From assembly GCA_041661045.1 (NCBI GenBank), contig JBAZVE010000001.1, positions 840,001-872,000 on the forward strand: 32,000 nt of DNA, in the 5' to 3' direction. Source of the DNA: Candidatus Saccharimonadota bacterium. Lineage in GTDB: Bacteria > Patescibacteriota > Gracilibacteria > UBA1369 > 2-02-FULL-48-14. The notes below the pieces were generated by a model. The model had not been told where the DNA came from. It did no database searches and saw nothing but the letters and a program-made list of their open reading frames with translations. A program made the position numbers and the translations under genes. Within the stretch, counting starts at the first letter, position 1. Each line of letters opens with the position of its first letter. Shown one piece after another: positions 8,679 to 15,805 of the stretch.

Positions 8679-8933
8679 TTGGTTCTCAATAGAAGGTGTT
8701 CCAAGGAAGATGATCTTGTGGCAAAAGACATCGTAATTCAATTCGGGAAGCATATAAGAGAACTGCGTCTTGAAAGGGAGTTTACTCAAGAAGAGTTGGC
8801 TAGTCGTTCAAAGATCAGTTTGAAATATATTCAAAAGATTGAAGGTAGAAACCCACCAAATCTTGGGCTCGTGGCACTACAAAAATTAGCAAATGGATTT
8901 GATGTGCCACTTTGGAGACTACTTAAATTCTAA
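8679..8933 (+). CDS. XRE-family helix-turn-helix transcriptional regulator
   Basis: FGKHIRELRLEREFTQEELASRSKISLKYIQKIEGRNPP is a classic HTH_3/XRE pattern. A GTG at 8718 preceded by AAGGAAG is a plausible true start, giving about 71 aa. Confidence 0.8.
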   Translation: MVLNRRCSKEDDLVAKDIVIQFGKHIRELRLEREFTQEELASRSKISLKYIQKIEGRNPPNLGLVALQKLANGFDVPLWRLLKF

Positions 8934-9010
8934 AGGGCTAATACCTCTTGCTGGGCGCCTTTTTTATAGTTTCGTATCGTTAAAGTAACGGACACGAAAA
9001 CAACATTTAT

Positions 9011-9039
9011 TTGACATGTGTCGGATATTTTTATATAGG
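9011..9039 (+). promoter_or_regulatory. sigma70-like promoter candidate
   Basis: TTGACA (9011-9016), followed by either N15-TATATA or N17-TATAGG. It points toward the 58-aa ORF and the recombinase. Confidence 0.3.
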
Positions 9040-9323
9040 GTTAATGTTCTTTAGGTGGGAACCTCCATGGGATATGGACTGGACCACCGTATGAACTGGT
9101 CACGGACCAGCGCGGTTGTACGCAAAGCGATTCGCTTGATAGGCTTATACCTCGGTATGAGCTGAATGTTGCATATCTATGTACTGCTAAAGAAGACGAG
9201 TAAGGGCCAGCATCCCCTGGTTCCTGAAAGAAATCCCGAAGTACATAGGTCTGCCCAACTTACGCAGTACAGCTAGCGACTGAACCCACTAACTAAACCT
9301 TATAAGTTTATGTTAGTGATTTT

Positions 9324-9500
9324 ATGTCGCGGAATATAAGTAAAATACAAAAAAGAGGCTTTGAGCCTTATCGAGATAAGAAGGATTATTTGGCTGATCT
9401 ATCTAAAGTCTTTCGCAAAGACTATGGTGTGGAGTTTTCTGAAAAAGAATTGGCTGAAATTGGAGGTAACCTAGATGCTTTTCTAGGTGTTTTCTGCTGA
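9324..9500 (+). CDS. small protein (58 aa) immediately upstream of the serine recombinase
   Basis: ATG..TGA ORF below the track cutoff: MSRNISKIQKRGFEPYRDKKDYLADLSKVFRKDYGVEFSEKELAEIGGNLDAFLGVFC. It shares a motif with the N-terminus of ORF 29356..29943. Confidence 0.4.
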   Translation: MSRNISKIQKRGFEPYRDKKDYLADLSKVFRKDYGVEFSEKELAEIGGNLDAFLGVFC

Positions 9501-9530
9501 TTTTTCAGCTAAAATATAGTCATAAACCTT

Positions 9531-11288
9531 ATGCCTCTCCGTACTGCCGTTTACATCCGAAGATCATCGGAAGACCACGATGAAAAACAGATCCATTCCA
9601 TTGAAAGACAGGAAGGAGATTTAAGTAGGTATTTTGAAAAAGAAACTAAATTAGAGTCAGATTTGTATAAACTGGAGTCCGATCCTGCAAAGAATTTTTA
9701 TCGAGAAGATGCCTCGGCAAAAAAACCAGGTAGGAAACAGTTCAATCAAATGTTAGAAGAACTTCGAAGGAATAAATATGATGTCCTTTTGTGCACTGAT
9801 CTCACGCGTCTTTCCAGAAATGCCATTGATAACGGAGCTTTAGTTCAGCTTTTGGAAGATGGCCATCTCAAAGAGATTCGTACTCTAGATAAGGTCTTTA
9901 CGACCATTCCCACGGATAAATTCACTTTATCTCTGTTTTTAGCGGTCTCCAAGTATGAGAACGATCAAAGAGCGCTCAATACAATTTCAGGCCTCCAGAA
10001 GCAAAAGTGGGATGGAAAGACGACCCATCGTGCACCTATGGGGTATGTCAATAAAGGGGAGAGAAAAGGTGATCATTGGGTAGAAAAGGATGGTGATAAT
10101 TTTGATAAGGCTCGTCAAATTTGGGACCTTTTCTTTATGGGGAACTATACCATTGATGCCTTAAGAGATCATGCTCGTGATATAGGCCTTACTTACATTG
10201 CTCATGGCCGTAGGGACTTCCCAAAAAGCCAGACGATTCGCTATATGCTTTCCAATCCTTACTATATGGCGAAAGTTCTTTGGAGTGATAAACGGTCAGG
10301 TGTGGAGGAATGGAGGGAAGGGCAGCACCCTATGATGGTTACTCAAGAAGAGTTTGATAAAGCTCAAATGATTCTGGAGAAAAATGGTTATAAGCATGCC
10401 AAACTTAATAAGGCCGTGGATATTGTCGAAATTATCAAAACCTTGGCGGTGAGTGGCATTTATACTCGCAAAAACGCCAAAGGGGAGATTGCTCGTGCTC
10501 CTATGATTTATGAAGAAAAGTTCCGCTATAAATGCACCCATTGTGGGCATCGCTACTTCTCTGTTGCTAAAAATCCATGTCCCGAGTGTTCCACCATTGT
10601 AAGCAATGCAACTCCTGTAGAGCATATGCAGAGGTTTTCCCACCTCTTGGACGCCAATACCAAGAAGGACTCGATTAAATTTGATCTTGTCCTTGATGCG
10701 CTCAAGGATGCATTAAGCACCCTTTATATTTCCCCTGCGTTGTATGATGTCTTGAGGAAGCGCCTCTATACTTTGTGGGTTGATAAGAACAAAAACCAGG
10801 CCAAATCAAGAAAGGAGATCAAAGCCAAGATTGAAAAATTAGAGGATGAGAGGGATAAGCTATACAGGAAGCAGAACCGACCTGAAGGTCCTCCACCTGG
10901 TATTCAGTTTGCTATTGATAATGTTCTTAAAGAGGTCGATGAAAAGAAAAGTAGTCTTGATAAGCTGGCTGACGAAATGGAAGAGGATTTCGAAAAAGCA
11001 TGGCAACGGCTGCAAGTCATCAATGACGCCAAGGAGATTTTAAGTCCTCAAATGGACTTCGAACCAAAAAAAGGACTGCTTTTATCCCTTACTTCGAACC
11101 TCGTTATTTACAAAGATAAAATTGAGGTCGAATGGCAAAAACCCTTTGATGAACTGGCTAAAATGGGGATTGCTAAAAAGCAGGGAAGTGCTGGGCCTAC
11201 TAAATGTTTGGGTACAAGTCTAAATGGCTCCCCCGGTTGGATTCGAACCAACGACCCAGCGATTAACAGTCGCTTGCTCTACCACTGA
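9531..11288 (+). CDS. large serine recombinase (integrase)
   Basis: 585 aa. The N-terminal resolvase catalytic region has VYIRRSSEDHDEKQIHSIERQ and LTRLSRN. It also has a recombinase domain, a zinc ribbon (CTHCGHRYFSVAKNPCPEC) and a K/E-rich coiled-coil tail. The last 21 codons run antisense through tRNA-Asn. Confidence 0.9.
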   Translation: MPLRTAVYIRRSSEDHDEKQIHSIERQEGDLSRYFEKETKLESDLYKLESDPAKNFYREDASAKKPGRKQFNQMLEELRRNKYDVLLCTDLTRLSRNAIDNGALVQLLEDGHLKEIRTLDKVFTTIPTDKFTLSLFLAVSKYENDQRALNTISGLQKQKWDGKTTHRAPMGYVNKGERKGDHWVEKDGDNFDKARQIWDLFFMGNYTIDALRDHARDIGLTYIAHGRRDFPKSQTIRYMLSNPYYMAKVLWSDKRSGVEEWREGQHPMMVTQEEFDKAQMILEKNGYKHAKLNKAVDIVEIIKTLAVSGIYTRKNAKGEIARAPMIYEEKFRYKCTHCGHRYFSVAKNPCPECSTIVSNATPVEHMQRFSHLLDANTKKDSIKFDLVLDALKDALSTLYISPALYDVLRKRLYTLWVDKNKNQAKSRKEIKAKIEKLEDERDKLYRKQNRPEGPPPGIQFAIDNVLKEVDEKKSSLDKLADEMEEDFEKAWQRLQVINDAKEILSPQMDFEPKKGLLLSLTSNLVIYKDKIEVEWQKPFDELAKMGIAKKQGSAGPTKCLGTSLNGSPGWIRTNDPAINSRLLYH

Positions 11289-11299
11289 GCTACAGGGGA
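11225..11299 (-). tRNA. tRNA-Asn (anticodon GUU)
   Basis: Manual cloverleaf on the minus strand: TCCCCTG-TA-GCTC-AGTGGTA-GAGC-A-AGCGA-CTGTTAA-TCGCT-GGGTC-GTTGG-TTCGAAT-CCAAC-CGGGGGA-G-CCA. CCA is encoded. Confidence 0.9.
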
Positions 11300-11392
11300 A
11301 TGGAAGTGTTGTGGCGGCTTGCGCCACACGATAAAAGGCAAGGGGGAGTATAGCGAAGGGAGCTTTTTCCTGCAAATGAATTTTACCTTGGC

Positions 11393-12610
11393 TTAGCCAA
11401 TCTTTAGCTTCCAGATTTCTCGAGCGACGGTTTGGTCTTTGCGTTCGTAGAAGAGGCTGGGGCGTTCGCGGGCTTGCAGGGGAATGATGGTGCCGTGGCT
11501 GGCCAAAATTTCGGGCAAGTGGGGGAGGAAGTGGCGGTCATTTTTCTCCTTATGAAAGGGCGCCGTGAGCACCAAGGTCACTGGCCTTTTCACTACCGTT
11601 TTCAGATGGCCCAAAAAGTTTTCGAAAAGTTCTTCCACGTCGGTTTGGATTTTCGCTAGCTCTTGGGGAGAGGGGAGTTTGGTGAGGCGGGGGCCGAGCC
11701 AGGTTTCGCTCACGATGGTGAAGGAGCCGCTGGGTAGGTCTTTGGGGCTGAGTGCGCCGGCGTCCGCTTGGATCACGGTGTACTCAAATTGCTCGCCCTT
11801 TTTACTCTTTTGACTGAGCCAGGCCAAGTTCGTTTTTGTGCCTTCCACCATGTCTTTTTCTAGATCGCTGCCCCAAGCCGCGTAGTCCATGAGCAGAGCT
11901 TCCTGCAGCACGGTTCCGCTTCCACAAAAGGGGTCCATAATAGTGCTGCCGGGTTCGGGTTCCGCAAGGTTGATGAGAATTTGAGCAAGCTTTGGCGGGA
12001 ACATCCCATTTTTTGCGTCTTTGGCGGGGCGGTCGTAATCGCGCTTGGAATACCATTCAAAATCCTGGATCGCCAAGGTTTTCACCAGATACCAGCGGCC
12101 TTTTTCGTCTTCGTTTTCCATGCTTTTAAAGAGATGCAATTCCACTGCGCCTTGTTCCAAAAGGTGTTCGTGCCAGGCCTGCACGGAGGAGAGATTTTGA
12201 AAATCCTTGTTCACAAAGCGCACATTGCCCAGCGCTTTTACGGCTTTTTTGGCGCCGATGAGAATTTTTTTAAGAGTCGCTTCGTTTTTGGGATGCATGC
12301 TGAGGCCATAACGCATTTTCCCCTTGTAGCCTTTGAACTTTTCTTCGAGGGCGTTTTTCACCCATTCCTCAAAATTCAGGGGCATGTGGGCCGGGCCACT
12401 TTGCAGGACTTCACCGATCCGCACGATGCTGCCCATTCGGTTCAATTGGGCGCGCGCATCCGGGATATTGCCTTCCACCACAAATCCATCCTCCACTTCG
12501 GCAATAATTTTGCCCTCGCCTAAATTTTTGGCCACCGCCTCAATTTCAGCTTTAGCGAGTCCTTTTCCGTGACCGGTTTGAAAGAGATAGGTTTTTGAAG
12601 GAGTTTTCAT
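11393..12610 (-). CDS. SAM-dependent RNA methyltransferase (UPF0020 / Trm11-RlmL-like)
   Basis: Motif I DPFCGSGTVLQEA. The overall layout resembles the putative RNA methylase family. The track start is 12634 (GTG), but the ATG at 12610 (MKTPSK...) is more likely. G+C-rich. Confidence 0.75.
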   Translation of the reverse strand: MKTPSKTYLFQTGHGKGLAKAEIEAVAKNLGEGKIIAEVEDGFVVEGNIPDARAQLNRMGSIVRIGEVLQSGPAHMPLNFEEWVKNALEEKFKGYKGKMRYGLSMHPKNEATLKKILIGAKKAVKALGNVRFVNKDFQNLSSVQAWHEHLLEQGAVELHLFKSMENEDEKGRWYLVKTLAIQDFEWYSKRDYDRPAKDAKNGMFPPKLAQILINLAEPEPGSTIMDPFCGSGTVLQEALLMDYAAWGSDLEKDMVEGTKTNLAWLSQKSKKGEQFEYTVIQADAGALSPKDLPSGSFTIVSETWLGPRLTKLPSPQELAKIQTDVEELFENFLGHLKTVVKRPVTLVLTAPFHKEKNDRHFLPHLPEILASHGTIIPLQARERPSLFYERKDQTVAREIWKLKIG

Positions 12611-12715
12611 AACTTGTGATGGGTAGAGTACCACAATCTGGCTTCTGTGGAAGCACTTCGTATTGATCCTTGAGCCATTGGCGAGTTAAATTGTTCTCAC
12701 CCTAAACCCCTTTTT

Positions 12716-13183
12716 ATGGCTTTCTCCCTCAATCGAGCGCAAATTATTGGTAATGTAACGCGTGATCCTGAAGTGCGTCAGACTAGTGGGGGACAGAGTG
12801 TTGCTTCCTTCGCCGTTGCCACCAATTCCACTTGGGTGGACAAAATGGGGCAAAAGCAGGAGAAGGCGGAATTCCACAATGTGGTGGCTTGGGGAAAGTT
12901 GGCGGAAATTTGTCAGGCCTATGTAAAAAAAGGCCGCAAACTTTATGTGGAAGGTCGCATGCAGACGCGGGATTGGGATGGGGAAGATGGCGTGAAACGA
13001 TACCGCAGCGAAATTGTGGCAGAGAATTTGATTTTGTTGGATCGATCGGGTGCGCCGGAATCCGGAGTGACCTATGATCGAGAGAGCAATTCTTCTGCAG
13101 TGAAGGGTCAACAAGATGACTCCGCCGTGGTCGCCTCCGCTCCTGTGGAAGAAGAGGTTTCCTTGGATGATTTGCCGTTTTAA
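12716..13183 (+). CDS. ssb: single-stranded DNA-binding protein
   Basis: The OB-fold N-terminus LNRAQIIGNVTRDPEVRQT...FAVATN is typical of SSB, as are the glycine/acidic tail and the canonical C-terminal DDLPF. Confidence 0.95.
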   Translation: MAFSLNRAQIIGNVTRDPEVRQTSGGQSVASFAVATNSTWVDKMGQKQEKAEFHNVVAWGKLAEICQAYVKKGRKLYVEGRMQTRDWDGEDGVKRYRSEIVAENLILLDRSGAPESGVTYDRESNSSAVKGQQDDSAVVASAPVEEEVSLDDLPF

Positions 13184-13572
13184 ATCAAAAGCGCGGATCA
13201 AGGGACACATGCGGCGCTAAAGGCCAAACAGAGGTGTGAACCGCGCTCTTGCATAATTGGATTAAGGACTTCTGCTGCTCCGTTGAGTGGTTTTTAGGCC
13301 ATTCAGGGAGAGGAGTCTTTAAGACCAATTCCTCGTAAGCTCCGTACTTTTATTTTTGTTTTTGAATTCTTTTGAGCTCTGGCGTGAGCTAAACAGTTCC
13401 GAAGAATTGTTTTGTCCCAAAGAATTTATTTTTGAGTTGGAGCAGAGAGGGAGGACCGTTGATCTTGGCATAGTCTAGGGCCGATCAGCAGTCTTCTCTA
13501 CCTGCACAGTTCCCTTTTTTTAAAGAACAAATCCTGTAGAATGAATCAGAAAAATCTTAATAGTATACTCCT

Positions 13573-14151
13573 TTGAACGATTTGAGTCAACTCGCTGGCA
13601 AGCTCTTTCTCATTCTTGGCCCCTCTGGCTCGGGCAAAGGGACCGTGCTCAAGGCTTTGCGTGAAAATCATCCGGAATTTGTGTTTCCTGTTTCCTGTAC
13701 CACTCGTGCACCGAGGCCGGGCGAGCAGGATGGAGAGGTGTATTACTTCATAAAGAAGGAGGAGTTTCAGCACCGCATGGAAAATGACGAATTTTTGGAG
13801 TGGGCGGTGGTGCATGGCGAAAATTATTATGGCACTTTGAAGGAAGAAATTTTGAAGCCGCTACGAGAAGGAAAAACCGTGATTCGTGAAGTGGATGTGC
13901 AGGGACTCCGCTCGATTCGTGAATTGATTCCCAAGGAAAATCTGCGATCCATTTTCTTGACGGTGGATGGGTGGGAAACGCTGCGCCACCGCATTCTGAA
14001 GCGCAGCACTTTGCCCGAAGACGAACTGGAGCGCCGCCGATTCAGTTTTATGAACGAAATGAAATGGGCCGAGGAATGCGACACCGTGATTGTGAGCGTA
14101 GAAGGGGAGATCGAAAAACTCATCGCCGACACCGAAGCCGCTATCGCTTGA
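13573..14151 (+). CDS. gmk: guanylate kinase
   Basis: P-loop GPSGSGKGT and the signature TTRAPRPGEQDGEVYYF. TTG start per the ORF track. Confidence 0.93.
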   Translation: MNDLSQLAGKLFLILGPSGSGKGTVLKALRENHPEFVFPVSCTTRAPRPGEQDGEVYYFIKKEEFQHRMENDEFLEWAVVHGENYYGTLKEEILKPLREGKTVIREVDVQGLRSIRELIPKENLRSIFLTVDGWETLRHRILKRSTLPEDELERRRFSFMNEMKWAEECDTVIVSVEGEIEKLIADTEAAIA

Positions 14152-14197
14152 TCTTAAGGGGGCTTTTTTGTATGCTTCCGATGCTTTTTAAGCCTAT

Positions 14198-14271
14198 TGG
14201 GGATTAGCCAAGTGGTAAGGCAGCGGGTTCTGGTCCCGCCACCGGGGGTTCGAATCCCTCATCCCCAGCCA
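14198..14271 (+). tRNA. tRNA-Gln (anticodon CUG)
   Basis: Manual cloverleaf: TGGGGAT-TA-GCC..GGC-A-GCGGG-TTCTGGT-CCCGC-CACC-GGGGG-TTCGAAT-CCCTC-ATCCCCA-G-CCA. The U1-A72 pair is typical of bacterial tRNA-Gln. Confidence 0.9.
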
Positions 14272-14342
14272 ATACGTGCGTGATTTAGGCCTATGACCCG
14301 AGTAGCTATGGCGATAGATACTCGAATTTTCGTTAATAGACT

Positions 14343-14369
14343 GAAAAATCACCCCTGTTTTAGGGTGAT
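14343..14369 (-). terminator. Rho-independent terminator candidate downstream of the recombinase
   Basis: ATCACCC(14348-14354)/GGGTGAT(14363-14369), a 7-bp stem followed on the minus strand by a short T run. Confidence 0.45.
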
Positions 14370-14395
14370 CTTTCCCCATGAGTCCAGCAAAGGGT

Positions 14396-15775
14396 TCAAT
14401 TCCCGTTCCCCTGAGGCGCAGTGGCATTAGGAGAAATCTGCACTTGTAGTGGGGTGATTGATTCATTTTCTGCATTTTTGAACCAAACTTTCCCTTCTTT
14501 CAAAAAGAGTTGCCCCGCCAAAGTTGCCAGAAAATCCCTTTTCTCTACTGGAGTTCCGCTTTTCAGGATGTAGTGGATGTATTCATGTTCCGTGATTTTT
14601 TTCGCCCCTTCGCCCATCGTAATTTCATGCAGTTCATTCATTTTTTGGACTTCCCGAGTTATTTTCTTATGTATCCGTAACTCCTTGCTTTTGAACTGAT
14701 CTACCAGCTTGGCGATGCTCTCAATAAGCTCCTCTTCACGGATGTATTTTTCATCGCACCGCTTGGTGCCTCCGTATTTTGTGCATTTGTAGTAGGTGTA
14801 GCTTTTTCCATGCCTGTTGATATGAGTTTCGCCACAAACCCCAGACTTACAGGCTCCGCACTTGAACAATTTACTGAAATAGAAGCTTTTGCTGCCCCAC
14901 TTCTTTCTTTCAAAGGTTTTAATGGCTTTCTGTGCGGCTTCCCACTGTTCTTTTGTAATGATCGGCTCATGAGTTCCTTCGTACCAGTTACCGCTTCCTT
15001 CTGGGTATTCGAACTCACCGTAGTAAAATTGATCTTTGAAGATTCTATAGGTCATGCTGAGTGTTACTTTTTTACCCTTCCTTGTTCTGAACCCTTCGTC
15101 CGTAAGGAAGTCGTTTATTTGTCTTCCGCTAAAACCGTTGATGGTCAGGTAGTCAAACATCTTTTTAATGAACGGGGCACGTTCAGGATCTATGATTATT
15201 TTGCTTTCCGCTGAAAGTTTTTCTGGATCTCGATACAATTTATATCCTAAAGGTTGGATTCCAGGTCTTTTCCCTCGTTCGCATTTTGCTCGAAGCCCAC
15301 GCTTCACGTTTTTCCCTCGATTGTCGTTCTCTAGCTTTGCCTGGCTACACAAGATCATGAGTAGAAACTTCTCGTTGGGTGAATTTATGAAGGTTTGTCC
15401 GTGAGTTCTAATGCTGACGAGCTTGCCTTCGTCCATAAGGTCTACAATATCGCCTAAATCGCCAGCATTACGGCTTAGGCGGTCTGGAGCCCATGTTAAA
15501 ATGGCATTGAATTTGCCTTCGTCCAGCTCCTTTAGCATTTCGTTAAACTTTGTTCTTACGCCCTTTGCCTTGGCACTTTTGCTCTCCTGTTTTACCTCAA
15601 CAATCGTGAGGTTTTCCTGCTCTGCGATCTGCATCATTTCATGAATCTGTGAGTCTATGCTCATCGCCTGTTTTTCGTCCGATTCCGAGGACTTTCTGGC
15701 GTAAAGGCAGTATTTCAGGGGTTCATCTAAATCTGTCATGGTAGGTGGGTTAAAGCCTACCCACATAGATGACAC
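14396..15775 (-). CDS. large serine recombinase (integrase), paralogous to 9531..11288
   Basis: LYARKSSESDEKQAMSIDSQ and APDRLSRNAGD form the resolvase catalytic domain. It also has a Cys-rich zinc ribbon (CGACKSGVCGETH...YYKCTKYGGTKRC). It aligns by eye with the other recombinase (Y.R.SSE..EKQ..SI..Q; F(N)(Q/E)ML(E/K)EL; (T/D)RLSRNA). The start may be the ATG at 15739. Confidence 0.9.
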   Translation of the reverse strand: MSSMWVGFNPPTMTDLDEPLKYCLYARKSSESDEKQAMSIDSQIHEMMQIAEQENLTIVEVKQESKSAKAKGVRTKFNEMLKELDEGKFNAILTWAPDRLSRNAGDLGDIVDLMDEGKLVSIRTHGQTFINSPNEKFLLMILCSQAKLENDNRGKNVKRGLRAKCERGKRPGIQPLGYKLYRDPEKLSAESKIIIDPERAPFIKKMFDYLTINGFSGRQINDFLTDEGFRTRKGKKVTLSMTYRIFKDQFYYGEFEYPEGSGNWYEGTHEPIITKEQWEAAQKAIKTFERKKWGSKSFYFSKLFKCGACKSGVCGETHINRHGKSYTYYKCTKYGGTKRCDEKYIREEELIESIAKLVDQFKSKELRIHKKITREVQKMNELHEITMGEGAKKITEHEYIHYILKSGTPVEKRDFLATLAGQLFLKEGKVWFKNAENESITPLQVQISPNATAPQGNGN

Positions 15776-15805
15776 AATGGATCGTGATAGCTAGAGCGAA
15801 TACTC

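Larger units (their letters stand above)
1622..11224. mobile_element. Composite accessory island / cassette array attached to the 3' end of tRNA-Asn
   Basis: Bounded on the right by tRNA-Asn and a large serine recombinase. It contains five same-orientation tRNA-Asn-3'-end-like repeats and is AT-richer than the adjacent housekeeping block. The left limit is taken as the outermost repeat copy and is approximate. Confidence 0.55.

Noticed and set aside
8934-8975. Terminator after the XRE gene (..GGGCGCCTTTTTT)
   Set aside because: Only about 4 bp of stem can be drawn upstream of the T-run. That is not enough to call a hairpin.
11300-11392. Hairpin TGTGGCG-gcttg-CGCCACA between the RNA methyltransferase gene and tRNA-Asn as a terminator
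   Set aside because: No U-run follows it on the minus strand, so it is not a convincing intrinsic terminator. It may be tRNA-precursor or incidental structure.
11981-13210. Long antisense ORFs (180 aa at 11981..12523 plus strand; 174 aa at 12686..13210 minus strand; several 60-85-aa ORFs)
   Set aside because: They lie opposite the well-supported RNA methyltransferase and ssb genes in G+C-rich DNA, where stop codons are rare. Their compositions are skewed (R/G/H/F-rich) and they show no motifs. They are shadow ORFs.
14194-14475. 93-aa minus-strand ORF overlapping tRNA-Gln
   Set aside because: Its C-terminal part is simply the antisense of the tRNA (..RDSNPRWRDQNPLPYHLANPQ). The rest lies in the tRNA-recombinase intergenic region, which contains a terminator hairpin. 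It is an artefact of open frame.
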